From positions 41,513-105,512 of the forward strand of contig CAYRVC010000002.1 of the NCBI GenBank assembly GCA_964427585.1: a stretch of 64,000 nt of DNA, given 5' to 3'. The DNA comes from an uncultured Candidatus Saccharibacteria bacterium. Its GTDB lineage: Bacteria > Patescibacteriota > Minisyncoccia > Minisyncoccales > Staskawiczbacteraceae. The translations under genes and the position numbers were made by a program. Below, in pieces: positions 29,976-39,046 of this stretch (within the stretch, counting starts at the first letter, position 1; every line of letters begins with the position of its first letter). Below the pieces are notes generated by a model that did no database searches, was not told the origin of the DNA, and saw only the letters and a list, made by a program, of their open reading frames with translations.

Positions 29976-31700
29976 TTACTTAAAATATTTTAATAATTTT
30001 TCCATTGGTTGGACGTTTATGATGTCCTCTTTTTCAGCCCAGCCGCGGCGGGCCTGCGATATGCCGTATTCCATAAGCTCTAACTGGTCTTTCTGGTGGG
30101 AATCGGTGTTAATGACCATTTTTACTCCTTCTGCTTTCGCCCTTTTAATGTAAAAACGGCTTAGATCCATTCTATACGGAGAGGAATTGATTTCCAGGAT
30201 GGTTCCCGTTTCCTTGGCTGCCTTCAACAGCTTGTCAAAATCAAGATGATATTCGTCGCGGCGGCCAATCAGCCTTCCTGTCGGATGGGAAATTATATCA
30301 ATATTCTGGTTTTCCATTGCCCTGATAATTCTTCCTGTCATCTCTTCTTTTTGCATTTTAAGGCTTGAATGGACGCCGGCAATGACATAATCCAATTTTG
30401 CCAAAACCTCGTCTTCAATATCAACCGAACCGTTGTTTAATATATTGCATTCGCATCCGTGCAAAACTTTGAATTTTAAACCTGAAATTTGAAACTTTTT
30501 ATTTATTTTATTTATTGCTTCTTTTTGTTTTAATAGTTGCTCCTCGTCCAGCCCCCTTTCAATCCTTAAAAATTTTGTGTGGTCGGAAATGCCTATATAT
30601 TCATATCCCATTTCCCGAGCTTTCTTTGCCATTTCTTCGATTGAATTTTTTCCTCCGTCCCAGTCTGAATGGCAATGAAGGTCGCCCCTGATGTCTTTAT
30701 AGCCTATAAGCTGAGGCAGATTTCCTCTAAGAGCCGCTTCAATTTCACCGTCGTTTTCTCTTAATTCCGGTTCAATATAGGGCAATCCGATCGCTTTATA
30801 GACATCTTCCTCTGTTTTTCCGGCTATCTGCTTTTTGCCTTTGAAAACACCGTATTCTGAGAGCTTCATCCCTTTTTCTATGGCAATGCGCCTCGTCACG
30901 ACATTATGGTCTTTATTACCGGTAAAATATTGTAAGGCGGAGCCATAACTTTTTTCCGGAACTATCCTCAAATCTACGTCAAAGCCTTCTTTAAGGCGGA
31001 TTGAGGCTTTTGTCATTCCTTTTCCCCAAACTTTTCCAACCCCTTCCAGTTTGACAAAAAAATCCATCACCTTTCCAGGGTTTTTTGAAACAACCAGAAT
31101 GTCTGCGTCTCCGATTGTTTCATTTCTTCTGCGGACCGATCCCGCCAAGCTTATCCTTTCCACTTCTTTTAATTCTTTTATTTTTTCAAAAATATTTTTT
31201 ACCAACGGCATTATGTATCCTGACAAAAACCTTCCTTTGTCTCTTTTCAAAAATTCTATTCCCTGCAAAATATTTTTTTCCGTTGTTTCCCCAAAGCCGA
31301 AAAGGGGGGAGATTTTATGGAATTTTGCGGCTTTTTCCAATGTTTTTAAATCATGAACTCCCAGTTTTTGGTAAAGAATTTTTATTTTCCGGGGTCCTAA
31401 GCCCTCAACCCTGGAAAGTTCGCCGATATTTAAAGGAAGCCTTTTTCTCAATTGATCATATATACTTATTTTTCCGCTTTTCAGGTATTCCTCAATATGT
31501 TCTGCTATGCTTTTGCCAACTCCCGGAATTTCCAGCAGGGCTTTGACACCGCCCTGTCTGTAAATATCAGCTACGTCTCCCTTTAAGGATTCCAAAGAAG
31601 TGGCCGCTTTTTCATAAGCATAAGGCTTAAAAGGCACCTCGTCCATTTCCAAAAGTTCCGCTATTTCATAAAATATTTTTGCCAATTCCCGATTTTTCAT
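29976..31700 (-). CDS. polX: DNA polymerase X family protein with C-terminal PHP domain
   Basis: 574 aa; HhH motifs, pol-beta-like nucleotidyltransferase GSVRRRNETIGDADILV, PHP histidines GDLHCHSDWDGG. Confidence 0.85.
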   Translation of the reverse strand: MKNRELAKIFYEIAELLEMDEVPFKPYAYEKAATSLESLKGDVADIYRQGGVKALLEIPGVGKSIAEHIEEYLKSGKISIYDQLRKRLPLNIGELSRVEGLGPRKIKILYQKLGVHDLKTLEKAAKFHKISPLFGFGETTEKNILQGIEFLKRDKGRFLSGYIMPLVKNIFEKIKELKEVERISLAGSVRRRNETIGDADILVVSKNPGKVMDFFVKLEGVGKVWGKGMTKASIRLKEGFDVDLRIVPEKSYGSALQYFTGNKDHNVVTRRIAIEKGMKLSEYGVFKGKKQIAGKTEEDVYKAIGLPYIEPELRENDGEIEAALRGNLPQLIGYKDIRGDLHCHSDWDGGKNSIEEMAKKAREMGYEYIGISDHTKFLRIERGLDEEQLLKQKEAINKINKKFQISGLKFKVLHGCECNILNNGSVDIEDEVLAKLDYVIAGVHSSLKMQKEEMTGRIIRAMENQNIDIISHPTGRLIGRRDEYHLDFDKLLKAAKETGTILEINSSPYRMDLSRFYIKRAKAEGVKMVINTDSHQKDQLELMEYGISQARRGWAEKEDIINVQPMEKLLKYFK

Positions 31701-31716
31701 AATTATATTGCGGCTA

Positions 31717-32370
31717 TTAAGGCTCCACCAATGATTTTTGCGGCATAGACATTACTGTTTCCTCGCTCTTTTTAGATATGTTTTTTCTTATAAAAATCAA
31801 AAGGATTGCGGAAATAATACTGAAGGCGCTGACAATGATAAAAACCATATTAAACCCGAAAGCGCTGACTAAAATTCCCCCAAGCCCCCCGCCTATGCCA
31901 GCTCCGGCGCTTAAAAAAGTGCTTTCCATGCTCCATTGAAGGGCTTCTTTGCCCTTATCAATGTGGCGGGTAAAAATGGCAAGCCAAGACGGAAATACCA
32001 TTGACATAGATACGGCGTGCAGTATCTGCAAAGAATAAATATGCCACGGCAATGATGAAAATAAATATCCTATCGGCACGAAACCCGCCAAAAAGGTTCC
32101 CGTAACCATAAACCAAAAATCATCTTTTTCGCCGTGGTTTTTATCAAGATAATGGCCGATTGGCACCTGCAAAAGCGACTTGGTAATCCAATAAAAAAGA
32201 GAAGCGAATCCGGCAACCCTGGCAGCTTCGAGCGGACTGCTGGTTGTTATTTTCTGCACAATAAATATGGCGAAAATAGGCGCCAATAACCCCCATCCCA
32301 GGTTTAGAATAAAATCGCTGGTTATTAAAATATTTATGATTTTATTTGCAAATTTTGGCATGATTTTCAA
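31717..32370 (-). CDS. Hypothetical 6-TM membrane protein (half-MFS-like)
   Basis: 217 aa, six predicted TM helices, glycine-rich TM segments. Confidence 0.4.
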   Translation of the reverse strand: MKIMPKFANKIINILITSDFILNLGWGLLAPIFAIFIVQKITTSSPLEAARVAGFASLFYWITKSLLQVPIGHYLDKNHGEKDDFWFMVTGTFLAGFVPIGYLFSSLPWHIYSLQILHAVSMSMVFPSWLAIFTRHIDKGKEALQWSMESTFLSAGAGIGGGLGGILVSAFGFNMVFIIVSAFSIISAILLIFIRKNISKKSEETVMSMPQKSLVEP

Positions 32371-32455
32371 TTAATTTTTATTATTACCTTGAATTATACT
32401 ATAAAATCAAACAAAAAGCCCCTTTTATCCAAAGGGGCGGATCTTTTATAAATTG

Positions 32456-32692
32456 TCATTTCTCCGTTTTTTTAAAAAACCACTCGTAAATTCCGTAAGA
32501 CCAGGTTGCCGCATAAACGGCGCTTAGAAAAAACACTCCCCATTGCTTGTTTATAAAAGAGGTTATAAACCAAAACGGCTGGGAAATCAATCCGAACACA
32601 AACCCCCATTTATTTTTTCTTGCGACCAAAATAATGGCGATTATTCCAAAAACAGCTATTCCAATCTGGGAAACCGCATCTAGCATATTCAT
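32456..32692 (-). CDS. Small 3-TM membrane protein, PnuC-like motif
   Basis: 78 aa; ARKNKW..FGLI..W..Y..YGxYEW pattern resembles N-terminal part of nicotinamide riboside transporter PnuC. Confidence 0.3.
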   Translation of the reverse strand: MNMLDAVSQIGIAVFGIIAIILVARKNKWGFVFGLISQPFWFITSFINKQWGVFFLSAVYAATWSYGIYEWFFKKTEK

Positions 32693-32713
32693 CCCTTTCT
32701 TTTGTCAAAGGAC

Positions 32714-33352
32714 TTAATTTTTGGGTTTTTCATATTTGTGGAATCTTTTATCCATTGTTTCAATAAATTCCAGCAATACCGGGTCGTCAAAAAGCTCGCT
32801 CGCCTGCTCCCACCAGGCTTTTTGCGGGAGATTCTTGTGCTTTTTCCAATATTCCAGCGACTGCAAAAAGTTTTCCAACCTATCAGCCTGCTTAAAAAAT
32901 CTCCCTTCCTTTGTTGAACCGTTTTCATAATCAAGCCAAAGATGCTTTATTTCTCTTCCCGTGTCGCGGGGAAGATTTAAAAGAAGCTTGTCTAAAGCTT
33001 TTTTTTCTTTGTTATATTTTTTTTCAGACAATTTTTTCTTTTCCTTGGCTGAAAACCTCGGCCAGGTTTTCACCAGCTCTGCTATTTTCTTTTTGGACTT
33101 AGGAAGGACTGAATCATAGGGAGTGGTATCGCCCGCATAAACTTCGCAGATATCATGTATCAGGGCCATTTTGATTACTTTTTCAATGCTTAAATTATGT
33201 TTTTTTCCGCCCAGAACCCATGCCATTAAAGCAACCCTGAAAGTATGGTCTGCAATGCTTTCGGGGTTTTTGACGTTTCTTAAAACCCATCCTCTCCTGG
33301 GCATGGTTTTAAGCTTTCCCACTTCAATAAAAAAATTAAGAATATCTTTCAT
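32714..33352 (-). CDS. HD-domain phosphohydrolase (YfbR-like 5'-deoxynucleotidase)
   Basis: 212 aa; H..HD metal-binding motif (ALIHDICEVYAGDTTPYD). Confidence 0.7.
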   Translation of the reverse strand: MKDILNFFIEVGKLKTMPRRGWVLRNVKNPESIADHTFRVALMAWVLGGKKHNLSIEKVIKMALIHDICEVYAGDTTPYDSVLPKSKKKIAELVKTWPRFSAKEKKKLSEKKYNKEKKALDKLLLNLPRDTGREIKHLWLDYENGSTKEGRFFKQADRLENFLQSLEYWKKHKNLPQKAWWEQASELFDDPVLLEFIETMDKRFHKYEKPKN

Positions 33353-33822
33353 CCGATTTCGTATTTTATTTGTTTTATTTTATATTTTGTTTTAACCGGA
33401 GAGGAAATAACAACCTCGTCTCCGGCCTTGTGGCCCAAAAGAACCTTTCCCACCGGAGATTCGTTGCTTATTTTTCCCAGGGCCGGATTGGCTTCCAATG
33501 TTCCCACTATCGTGAATTCGTCTCTTTTGCCGTCAACGGTTACCATAACCTTTGCCCCCAGCCCGATAAAATTTTGCTGGATTTTTTTGGGTTTTTTAAT
33601 CAATTCATAGTGCTCTAAAATATTATTCAATTCCGAAATTCTGGATTTTAAAAAACTTAAATCCTCCTGAAAACTAATAAACTCAGGATTTATGTCTTCT
33701 GATTCAAAGATTTTGGGAGCTTCGCCATTGTTTTTTTTGCGCTCAAGGCCAATCAGCTCTTCCTGCTCATTTTTAAGCTCTTTTAATTTTTCTTTTGTTA
33801 TATAATATATTCTTTCTTCCAT
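33349..33822 (-). CDS. greA: Transcription elongation factor GreA
   Basis: 157 aa; N-terminal coiled-coil and C-terminal FKBP-like ..PVGKVLLGHKAGDEVVI.. of GreA/GreB family. Confidence 0.8.
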   Translation of the reverse strand: MEERIYYITKEKLKELKNEQEELIGLERKKNNGEAPKIFESEDINPEFISFQEDLSFLKSRISELNNILEHYELIKKPKKIQQNFIGLGAKVMVTVDGKRDEFTIVGTLEANPALGKISNESPVGKVLLGHKAGDEVVISSPVKTKYKIKQIKYEIG

Positions 33823-33953
33823 ATAAGGACCCTCGCCATTACGGGCGCGGTATTCTGCCGGCGACTATAAAATGCTCCTTTATTTATTCGCTTTATAGAA
33901 GTATATCTTAATATGCCTAAAAGTCAACTCTCTCCGACTTTTTCAAAAAAAAT

Positions 33954-35210
33954 TTAAAGCAAGGTTTTTTGAGAAGAGAAAAATTTTTTATTATATTTTT
34001 CCTTTTCTGAAAAAATCTTTATTTTTCCGTAAACTCCGTCATATCCCGGTTCAATTTGCACTAAGCCCTCCCTGACTCTTATTACCCCTTCGGCAATTTC
34101 AGGAGAGGCCGATTTTTCTATTTCATTCCTTCCAGCTTCCAGCAATATTTTAAATTCATTGCCCAAATTTGATATTAAATTATTGTATATCCTGCCAGCT
34201 TCCTTAGAACCTGAAGAAACCGAAAGGACGTCGCAAATTATTTCTTCTAAAGGAATCAGGCTTTTAAAAGGAATGGCATTTTCAAGCTTGAAGCCTTCTG
34301 GTCTGTCGGCCAGTTTTTCCACTCTGTTCAAGACGCCTATTGTAAGAGGCCGGCCGCACCTCGGGCAGATATCATTGTATTTTTTTGACTCTGAGGGAGA
34401 AAGGCTCAAATCGCAAAGCCTGTGGCCGTCATAATGATATTTTCCCTCCTCCGGAAAAAATTCAATGGTGTATAAAAATTTTTTCGGGTCTTTTGATTTT
34501 ATCGCCTCAATAATATGTTTATAACTGATTTCGGTGTCAAAAACATTAGCCTCCCTGCCAAGTTTGGGGCCAGAATGGGCATCGCTGTTGGATATTAAAG
34601 CAAATTTATCCAAAACAGACAACCGCCAGTTCATGTCAGGGGAGCTGGAAAGCCCGGTTTCAATGGCAAAAATATATTTTGAATAATCTTCAAAACACTC
34701 TTCCATTGAATCAAATCCGGACTTTGATCCGAAAACGGCAAACCATGGCGTCCAGGCATGCGCTGGCACGACCAGGCAGTCTTCGGAGGTTTCTAAAACT
34801 ATTTTTGCCAGCTCTTTTACATCCAATCCCAATATGGGCCGGCCGTCCGCCTCCAGGTTGCCTATCTTTTTCAGCTTGCCGTTTATTTTTTCCGCTATTG
34901 TAAAATCCGGCGCGAAAACCACGATATGAATTTTTCTGACTTTGTTTTTTTTGCTGTAAATGCAGCTTATTTCAGAAGTCAGAATAAAGCGAAGCGGAGA
35001 ATCCGATCTTCTTATTTTAAAAAGGCCTGCTTCTGCCGGCTCCAATTTTTCTTTTAAGCTTTTAAACCACGCGGGGTGGGTAAAATCTCCCGTCCCTAAA
35101 ATTTTAATGCCTTTTATCAGCGCCCATCTTTCCATATTATCCAAATCCATCAACGGCGAAGTGGCCCTTGAATATTTTGAATGCAAATGAAAATCCGCTA
35201 TGAATTTCAT
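33954..35210 (-). CDS. PHP-domain protein (TIGR00375-like) with C-terminal Cys4 zinc ribbon
   Basis: 418 aa; MKFIADFHLHSKYSRATS PHP motif; CPRCGRPLTIG zinc ribbon. Confidence 0.6.
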   Translation of the reverse strand: MKFIADFHLHSKYSRATSPLMDLDNMERWALIKGIKILGTGDFTHPAWFKSLKEKLEPAEAGLFKIRRSDSPLRFILTSEISCIYSKKNKVRKIHIVVFAPDFTIAEKINGKLKKIGNLEADGRPILGLDVKELAKIVLETSEDCLVVPAHAWTPWFAVFGSKSGFDSMEECFEDYSKYIFAIETGLSSSPDMNWRLSVLDKFALISNSDAHSGPKLGREANVFDTEISYKHIIEAIKSKDPKKFLYTIEFFPEEGKYHYDGHRLCDLSLSPSESKKYNDICPRCGRPLTIGVLNRVEKLADRPEGFKLENAIPFKSLIPLEEIICDVLSVSSGSKEAGRIYNNLISNLGNEFKILLEAGRNEIEKSASPEIAEGVIRVREGLVQIEPGYDGVYGKIKIFSEKEKYNKKFFSSQKTLL

Positions 35211-35214
35211 GGTG

Positions 35215-36183
35215 TTATATCAAACCGCCCTGATAATTTAATTCATAAACGGCTTTTTCTTTGCTTGATATCTGTTCTTTGCCAAAAAATTCCCGCAAAT
35301 CTCCCCGGCCGTCGTCTTTGTACTTGAACTCTTTTTTTTCAAGTTCGCACGTTTTTCCCAGGCGACAACTCTTCACCAGTCCCAAAAGACATGCTTCTAA
35401 AAATTCCAGCGGTTCTTTGTCGATGAAAGAGCCGAAATAATTCATCGCCCATATTGGCCGGCTGTTCTGATAAACAATCTCTTGGCCGATAATGTGCCTT
35501 TGGCGCTTGAAAAAAATGTGCTGGTAAAAAAGATCCCCTTTTTTGAAATTTACTTCAACGGATCCGATCAGCCTTGGGTAGTCAACCGGCGCAGATCCGC
35601 CCCTCAAAGCGTCTTTCCTGGCTTCGATTATGAATTCTAAAAGCTCATCCATGTTGACCAATTTTTCTTCGATGCTGGCATCCTTTAAATCAAAATAGCC
35701 GGATTTAAAAAGATTGACCAGCAGTTTCCCCAGTTCTTTTTTGCTTATCAAATACCTTAAATATTTATTTTTTTGCCTGATATCGACCGGGGCTTCGAAC
35801 CTTAGCGCTTTTTTTCCGTTAACCTGGACCTTGTCGGCAACATCCCTGAATTCCAGCGACGGAATAATCCAGATATAATCGTTTATCTCCTGTTTTATTT
35901 CGTCAAAACAGGCGAAAATAAGATAAAAATCTTTATCTGGATTAAAATCCTGCTGCAGAATATCCGTGGCAAAGCTGTTTTCGGCAACAGCCCCGATAAA
36001 GCTGCAAATTTTGAAAAAAACTTCGTTTTTTTTATATCCTCCCCTTTTTTTAACCGCCAAATCAGCGCCCCTGGGGTCGTTTTCCGGCTTAAAAACTACC
36101 AGCCTGTTGCCGGATCCAGAAACAATCAAGTCAATTATTTTATTTTCAACTTCTTCTTCGTTTATGGCGATTGTTTTTTCCAT
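35215..36183 (-). CDS. Hypothetical protein (322 aa), likely co-transcribed with PHP-domain gene
   Basis: 4-nt intergenic gap to downstream PHP gene; no recognisable motif. Confidence 0.4.
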   Translation of the reverse strand: MEKTIAINEEEVENKIIDLIVSGSGNRLVVFKPENDPRGADLAVKKRGGYKKNEVFFKICSFIGAVAENSFATDILQQDFNPDKDFYLIFACFDEIKQEINDYIWIIPSLEFRDVADKVQVNGKKALRFEAPVDIRQKNKYLRYLISKKELGKLLVNLFKSGYFDLKDASIEEKLVNMDELLEFIIEARKDALRGGSAPVDYPRLIGSVEVNFKKGDLFYQHIFFKRQRHIIGQEIVYQNSRPIWAMNYFGSFIDKEPLEFLEACLLGLVKSCRLGKTCELEKKEFKYKDDGRGDLREFFGKEQISSKEKAVYELNYQGGLI

Positions 36184-36250
36184 CGCTGTGTACGCCGTCC
36201 GTAAAAACGGACCGGCGTTGCGGTTTAAAATTTTATATTTTGTTTTATTT

Positions 36251-36517
36251 TTATCTTTTATATACGTTATAACCCTCCCTCACTTTTTGTAAAACCTTCA
36301 AACCCACAGAATCACCCTTTTTGGCTGATTTTATCTTTTCGTGGTCAACCTGCATGGATTCAACTGTCTGGTCAAAATCAGTATCCTCCCCGCCTGTTAT
36401 CCTTATGGTTTCTCCTTCTTTTAAGGGAGATGAAAGATCAATAACCGCCACCCCTATATTTGAAAAATAGTGGCTGATTTTGCCGATCAATTTTCCTTCT
36501 TTGTTATTGGCTGGCAT
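36251..36517 (-). CDS. Small beta-barrel protein, EF-Tu domain-2-like
   Basis: 88 aa; GK.ISHYFSNIGVAVIDLSSPLKEGETIRI..KKGDSVGLKV pattern resembles translation-factor beta-barrel domain. Confidence 0.35.
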   Translation of the reverse strand: MPANNKEGKLIGKISHYFSNIGVAVIDLSSPLKEGETIRITGGEDTDFDQTVESMQVDHEKIKSAKKGDSVGLKVLQKVREGYNVYKR

Positions 36518-36642
36518 AAATTATATTTTACAAATTTATATATGCGACCTTTATTATAATTTATAATAACATAATAAAATATTTATGAAAATAAATGCCT
36601 CGATTCATCAAACGAGGCATTTGTTTTTAAAAAATATAACGT

Positions 36643-36867
36643 TTATTTAGCCTTTTCTATTTTTTTTTGGGCTTCTTCTAAATAAGAAGGCGCCTTTTCA
36701 ATCGTCATATTTAGCACAGCATAACTAAGAGGTAACTCTTTTTTAATAACCAAAAGCATAGCTAGCAAACAAGCTTCGGGATCTTTTTGTACCATTTCTT
36801 CATCTTCTTCTCTATCAAAATATGTATAAATTTCTTTCACTAGCTGTTCTGTTGCTTTGGAAAGCAT
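36643..36867 (-). CDS. Hypothetical 74-aa protein (paralog of 43266..43526)
   Basis: ~45% identity to the 86-aa ORF on the opposite strand 6.4 kb away; followed by hairpin ATGCCTCG-ATTCATCAAA-CGAGGCAT. Confidence 0.5.
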   Translation of the reverse strand: MLSKATEQLVKEIYTYFDREEDEEMVQKDPEACLLAMLLVIKKELPLSYAVLNMTIEKAPSYLEEAQKKIEKAK

Positions 36868-36898
36868 GACAATCTCCTTTCAACATTTCATGCGATGA

Positions 36899-37657
36899 CT
36901 ATTTCGGTTCAAGAACATTCACTACTAAATCAAAGAAATTGGTTACCCAAATCTCATCTTCTCGATATTTTTCCTTGACCACATTTTCCCAGAATTTTCT
37001 AACAAGATAACCGAAAATAAATATGGCTTGATCGTCTATCTGTTTACCAATTTCTATGGCAATATCAACATAATGTTTTTCTGCAAAAGTCCGTTTTTTT
37101 TCAGGCCAGGGCTCGTGCCTTACCATAAACTGGGCTTTTTCCGCTTCGCTCCATATTTTATGCTCATATAAACGGCTATGCTGAGAAACAATCCAGAAAA
37201 TAATCGCCCTTAATACATCAAAACAGTTATCTTTGATTGCTTTTTTGGTAAGAGAACTTTTAAAGCGAAATATTATGCGGACAAGTTGAGTTGCTTCTTC
37301 AATAATGTTTCCCTTTTTATCAAAGAAAACTCCGTCAACTGAATGAGTAGACCATCCATAGAATGGAGACCTATACATATCAATTCTCTCTCGAGCCTCA
37401 TTAATTAATGGTAAATCACGAATTGGTTCTAACGCGGTATAACGACGAGGATTTAACAAATCAGAAGAAACCTGGAACTCTTTTACCAATTTGGGAGCAT
37501 TACGTCGCAGATATATTTTAACTTCATTTTCGTCATATCCAAATCTCAAAGCGTTAAAAATAGCAGCGTAGTAAGCCGCTCTTTTGGGAAAATAGATTTC
37601 AACAAATATTCCCCGTTCGCTGCTGCGAAAAAAATATTTTTTTTCCGGTTCTGCCAT
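36899..37657 (-). CDS. Hypothetical 252-aa protein
   Basis: AGGAGG RBS 5 nt upstream of ATG; TTGACA -35-like box upstream; no known domain; last 25 aa duplicated as fragment at 43130..43231. Confidence 0.55.
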   Translation of the reverse strand: MAEPEKKYFFRSSERGIFVEIYFPKRAAYYAAIFNALRFGYDENEVKIYLRRNAPKLVKEFQVSSDLLNPRRYTALEPIRDLPLINEARERIDMYRSPFYGWSTHSVDGVFFDKKGNIIEEATQLVRIIFRFKSSLTKKAIKDNCFDVLRAIIFWIVSQHSRLYEHKIWSEAEKAQFMVRHEPWPEKKRTFAEKHYVDIAIEIGKQIDDQAIFIFGYLVRKFWENVVKEKYREDEIWVTNFFDLVVNVLEPK

Positions 37658-38031
37658 GGGCGCCCTCCTATAGTAGAAATAATTTAACTGTCAAAGGACT
37701 GATCTTTTTGTATCAAATTAACAAACTTTGTCAATAATGAAGGGATAATCAACCTAGAAAACCATCGGAAAATTCTTTCCGATGGTTTTCTAATGAGGGG
37801 GTTGTAATTCTTAATGCTTCAGGTTACGCTCGAGCCTAAGTTCGGACAATGACCTTAGTCATACACTTTAACCTTTCTCACCAAGAACTATTCTGTCCTT
37901 GAGAATAAATCTCTCACCCCCTCAGCTTTCATTTTAGTCTCGCGAAGATTGGTGTCAAGCCCCGAATAAATATCGCATTCACACAATATCAACATAATTT
38001 TAAACATAATATAAACATTTTATCAACAGCT

Positions 38032-39030
38032 TTATTTTTTCTGGTGCGCTCGGCCGTTTACCTCATAACTGGTGTTTTGCGCTTCAAAAAAGTTTACCAA
38101 TTCATATACGTCGGTAGCTGATGTCATCCATTTAGCCGGATTTACGGCTTTATAATGGCTCTCCAGGCCCAGCTCTTCCAACCTGCGGTCCGCGACATAC
38201 TGGACATACTGGTTGACATAATCTGAATTAAGCCCGAGAATGCCGCTGGGAAACAAATCTTTATTGTAAGCTGTTTCCAATTCCACCCCTTCTATTATTA
38301 TCTGCCTTATTTCTTCTGCAAATTCCGGCGATACTAAGCCGGAGTTTTCTTCCAAGATAGCCAATATCAAATTAATGCCAAATTGAAGGTGCAGGCTTTC
38401 GTCTCGCAAAACCCAGTTGATCATGGAGCCGAAATTCCGAAGCTTATTCCTCTGCCTGAAAGAAAGCATAACCATAAATCCGCTGTAAAACCAGATGCCT
38501 TCCATGACAATATTATACGCCACCAGGTTGCGGATAAAATCTTTTTTTCCCTCATCTGTGGAAACGTCATAGGTTTTTTCTGCCATGCGCTTCATGTATT
38601 TATTGATAAAATCCTCTTTGGCTTTCATCGAGGGAGTGTCTATGTGGACGTCGTATATTTTATCCCTGTCTAAAGGCAAGGTTTCCAGCACATATTCAAA
38701 GGCCATGCAGTGGTTGGCCTCCTCCCACATCTGTTTGGCAAGATAAAGGTGGCATTCGGCTGATTTTAAATAAGGGTAAACGCCCAACGCCAATACGCGG
38801 TTGACAATCAGCTCCGCCGGATTAAAAAACGCCATAATAAAGCTTACCGCGTGCTTTTCATCTTCGGTCATTGTTTCCCAGTCTTCCAAATCTTCCTTAA
38901 GCGGAATTTCGTGGGGAAACCAGGTATTGGCCACTGCCTGTTCATAAAGTTTTCTCGCCCAGGGATAGCGGGAAGGATGCAGATTATAATCTTCCGGCGA
39001 CGCTTTTCCCAAAAGAAAATTGTTTTGCAT
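38032..39030 (-). CDS. nrdB: Ribonucleotide reductase class I beta subunit (ferritin-like)
   Basis: 332 aa; di-iron carboxylate motifs (..EANHCMAFEY.., ..ESLHLQFG..), downstream of nrdA with 16-nt gap. Confidence 0.9.
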   Translation of the reverse strand: MQNNFLLGKASPEDYNLHPSRYPWARKLYEQAVANTWFPHEIPLKEDLEDWETMTEDEKHAVSFIMAFFNPAELIVNRVLALGVYPYLKSAECHLYLAKQMWEEANHCMAFEYVLETLPLDRDKIYDVHIDTPSMKAKEDFINKYMKRMAEKTYDVSTDEGKKDFIRNLVAYNIVMEGIWFYSGFMVMLSFRQRNKLRNFGSMINWVLRDESLHLQFGINLILAILEENSGLVSPEFAEEIRQIIIEGVELETAYNKDLFPSGILGLNSDYVNQYVQYVADRRLEELGLESHYKAVNPAKWMTSATDVYELVNFFEAQNTSYEVNGRAHQKK

Positions 39031-39046
39031 ATTTTTAAATTTAATT

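Noticed and set aside
32689-32934. 81-aa minus-strand ORF
   Set aside because: It lies entirely within the HD-domain gene in another frame.
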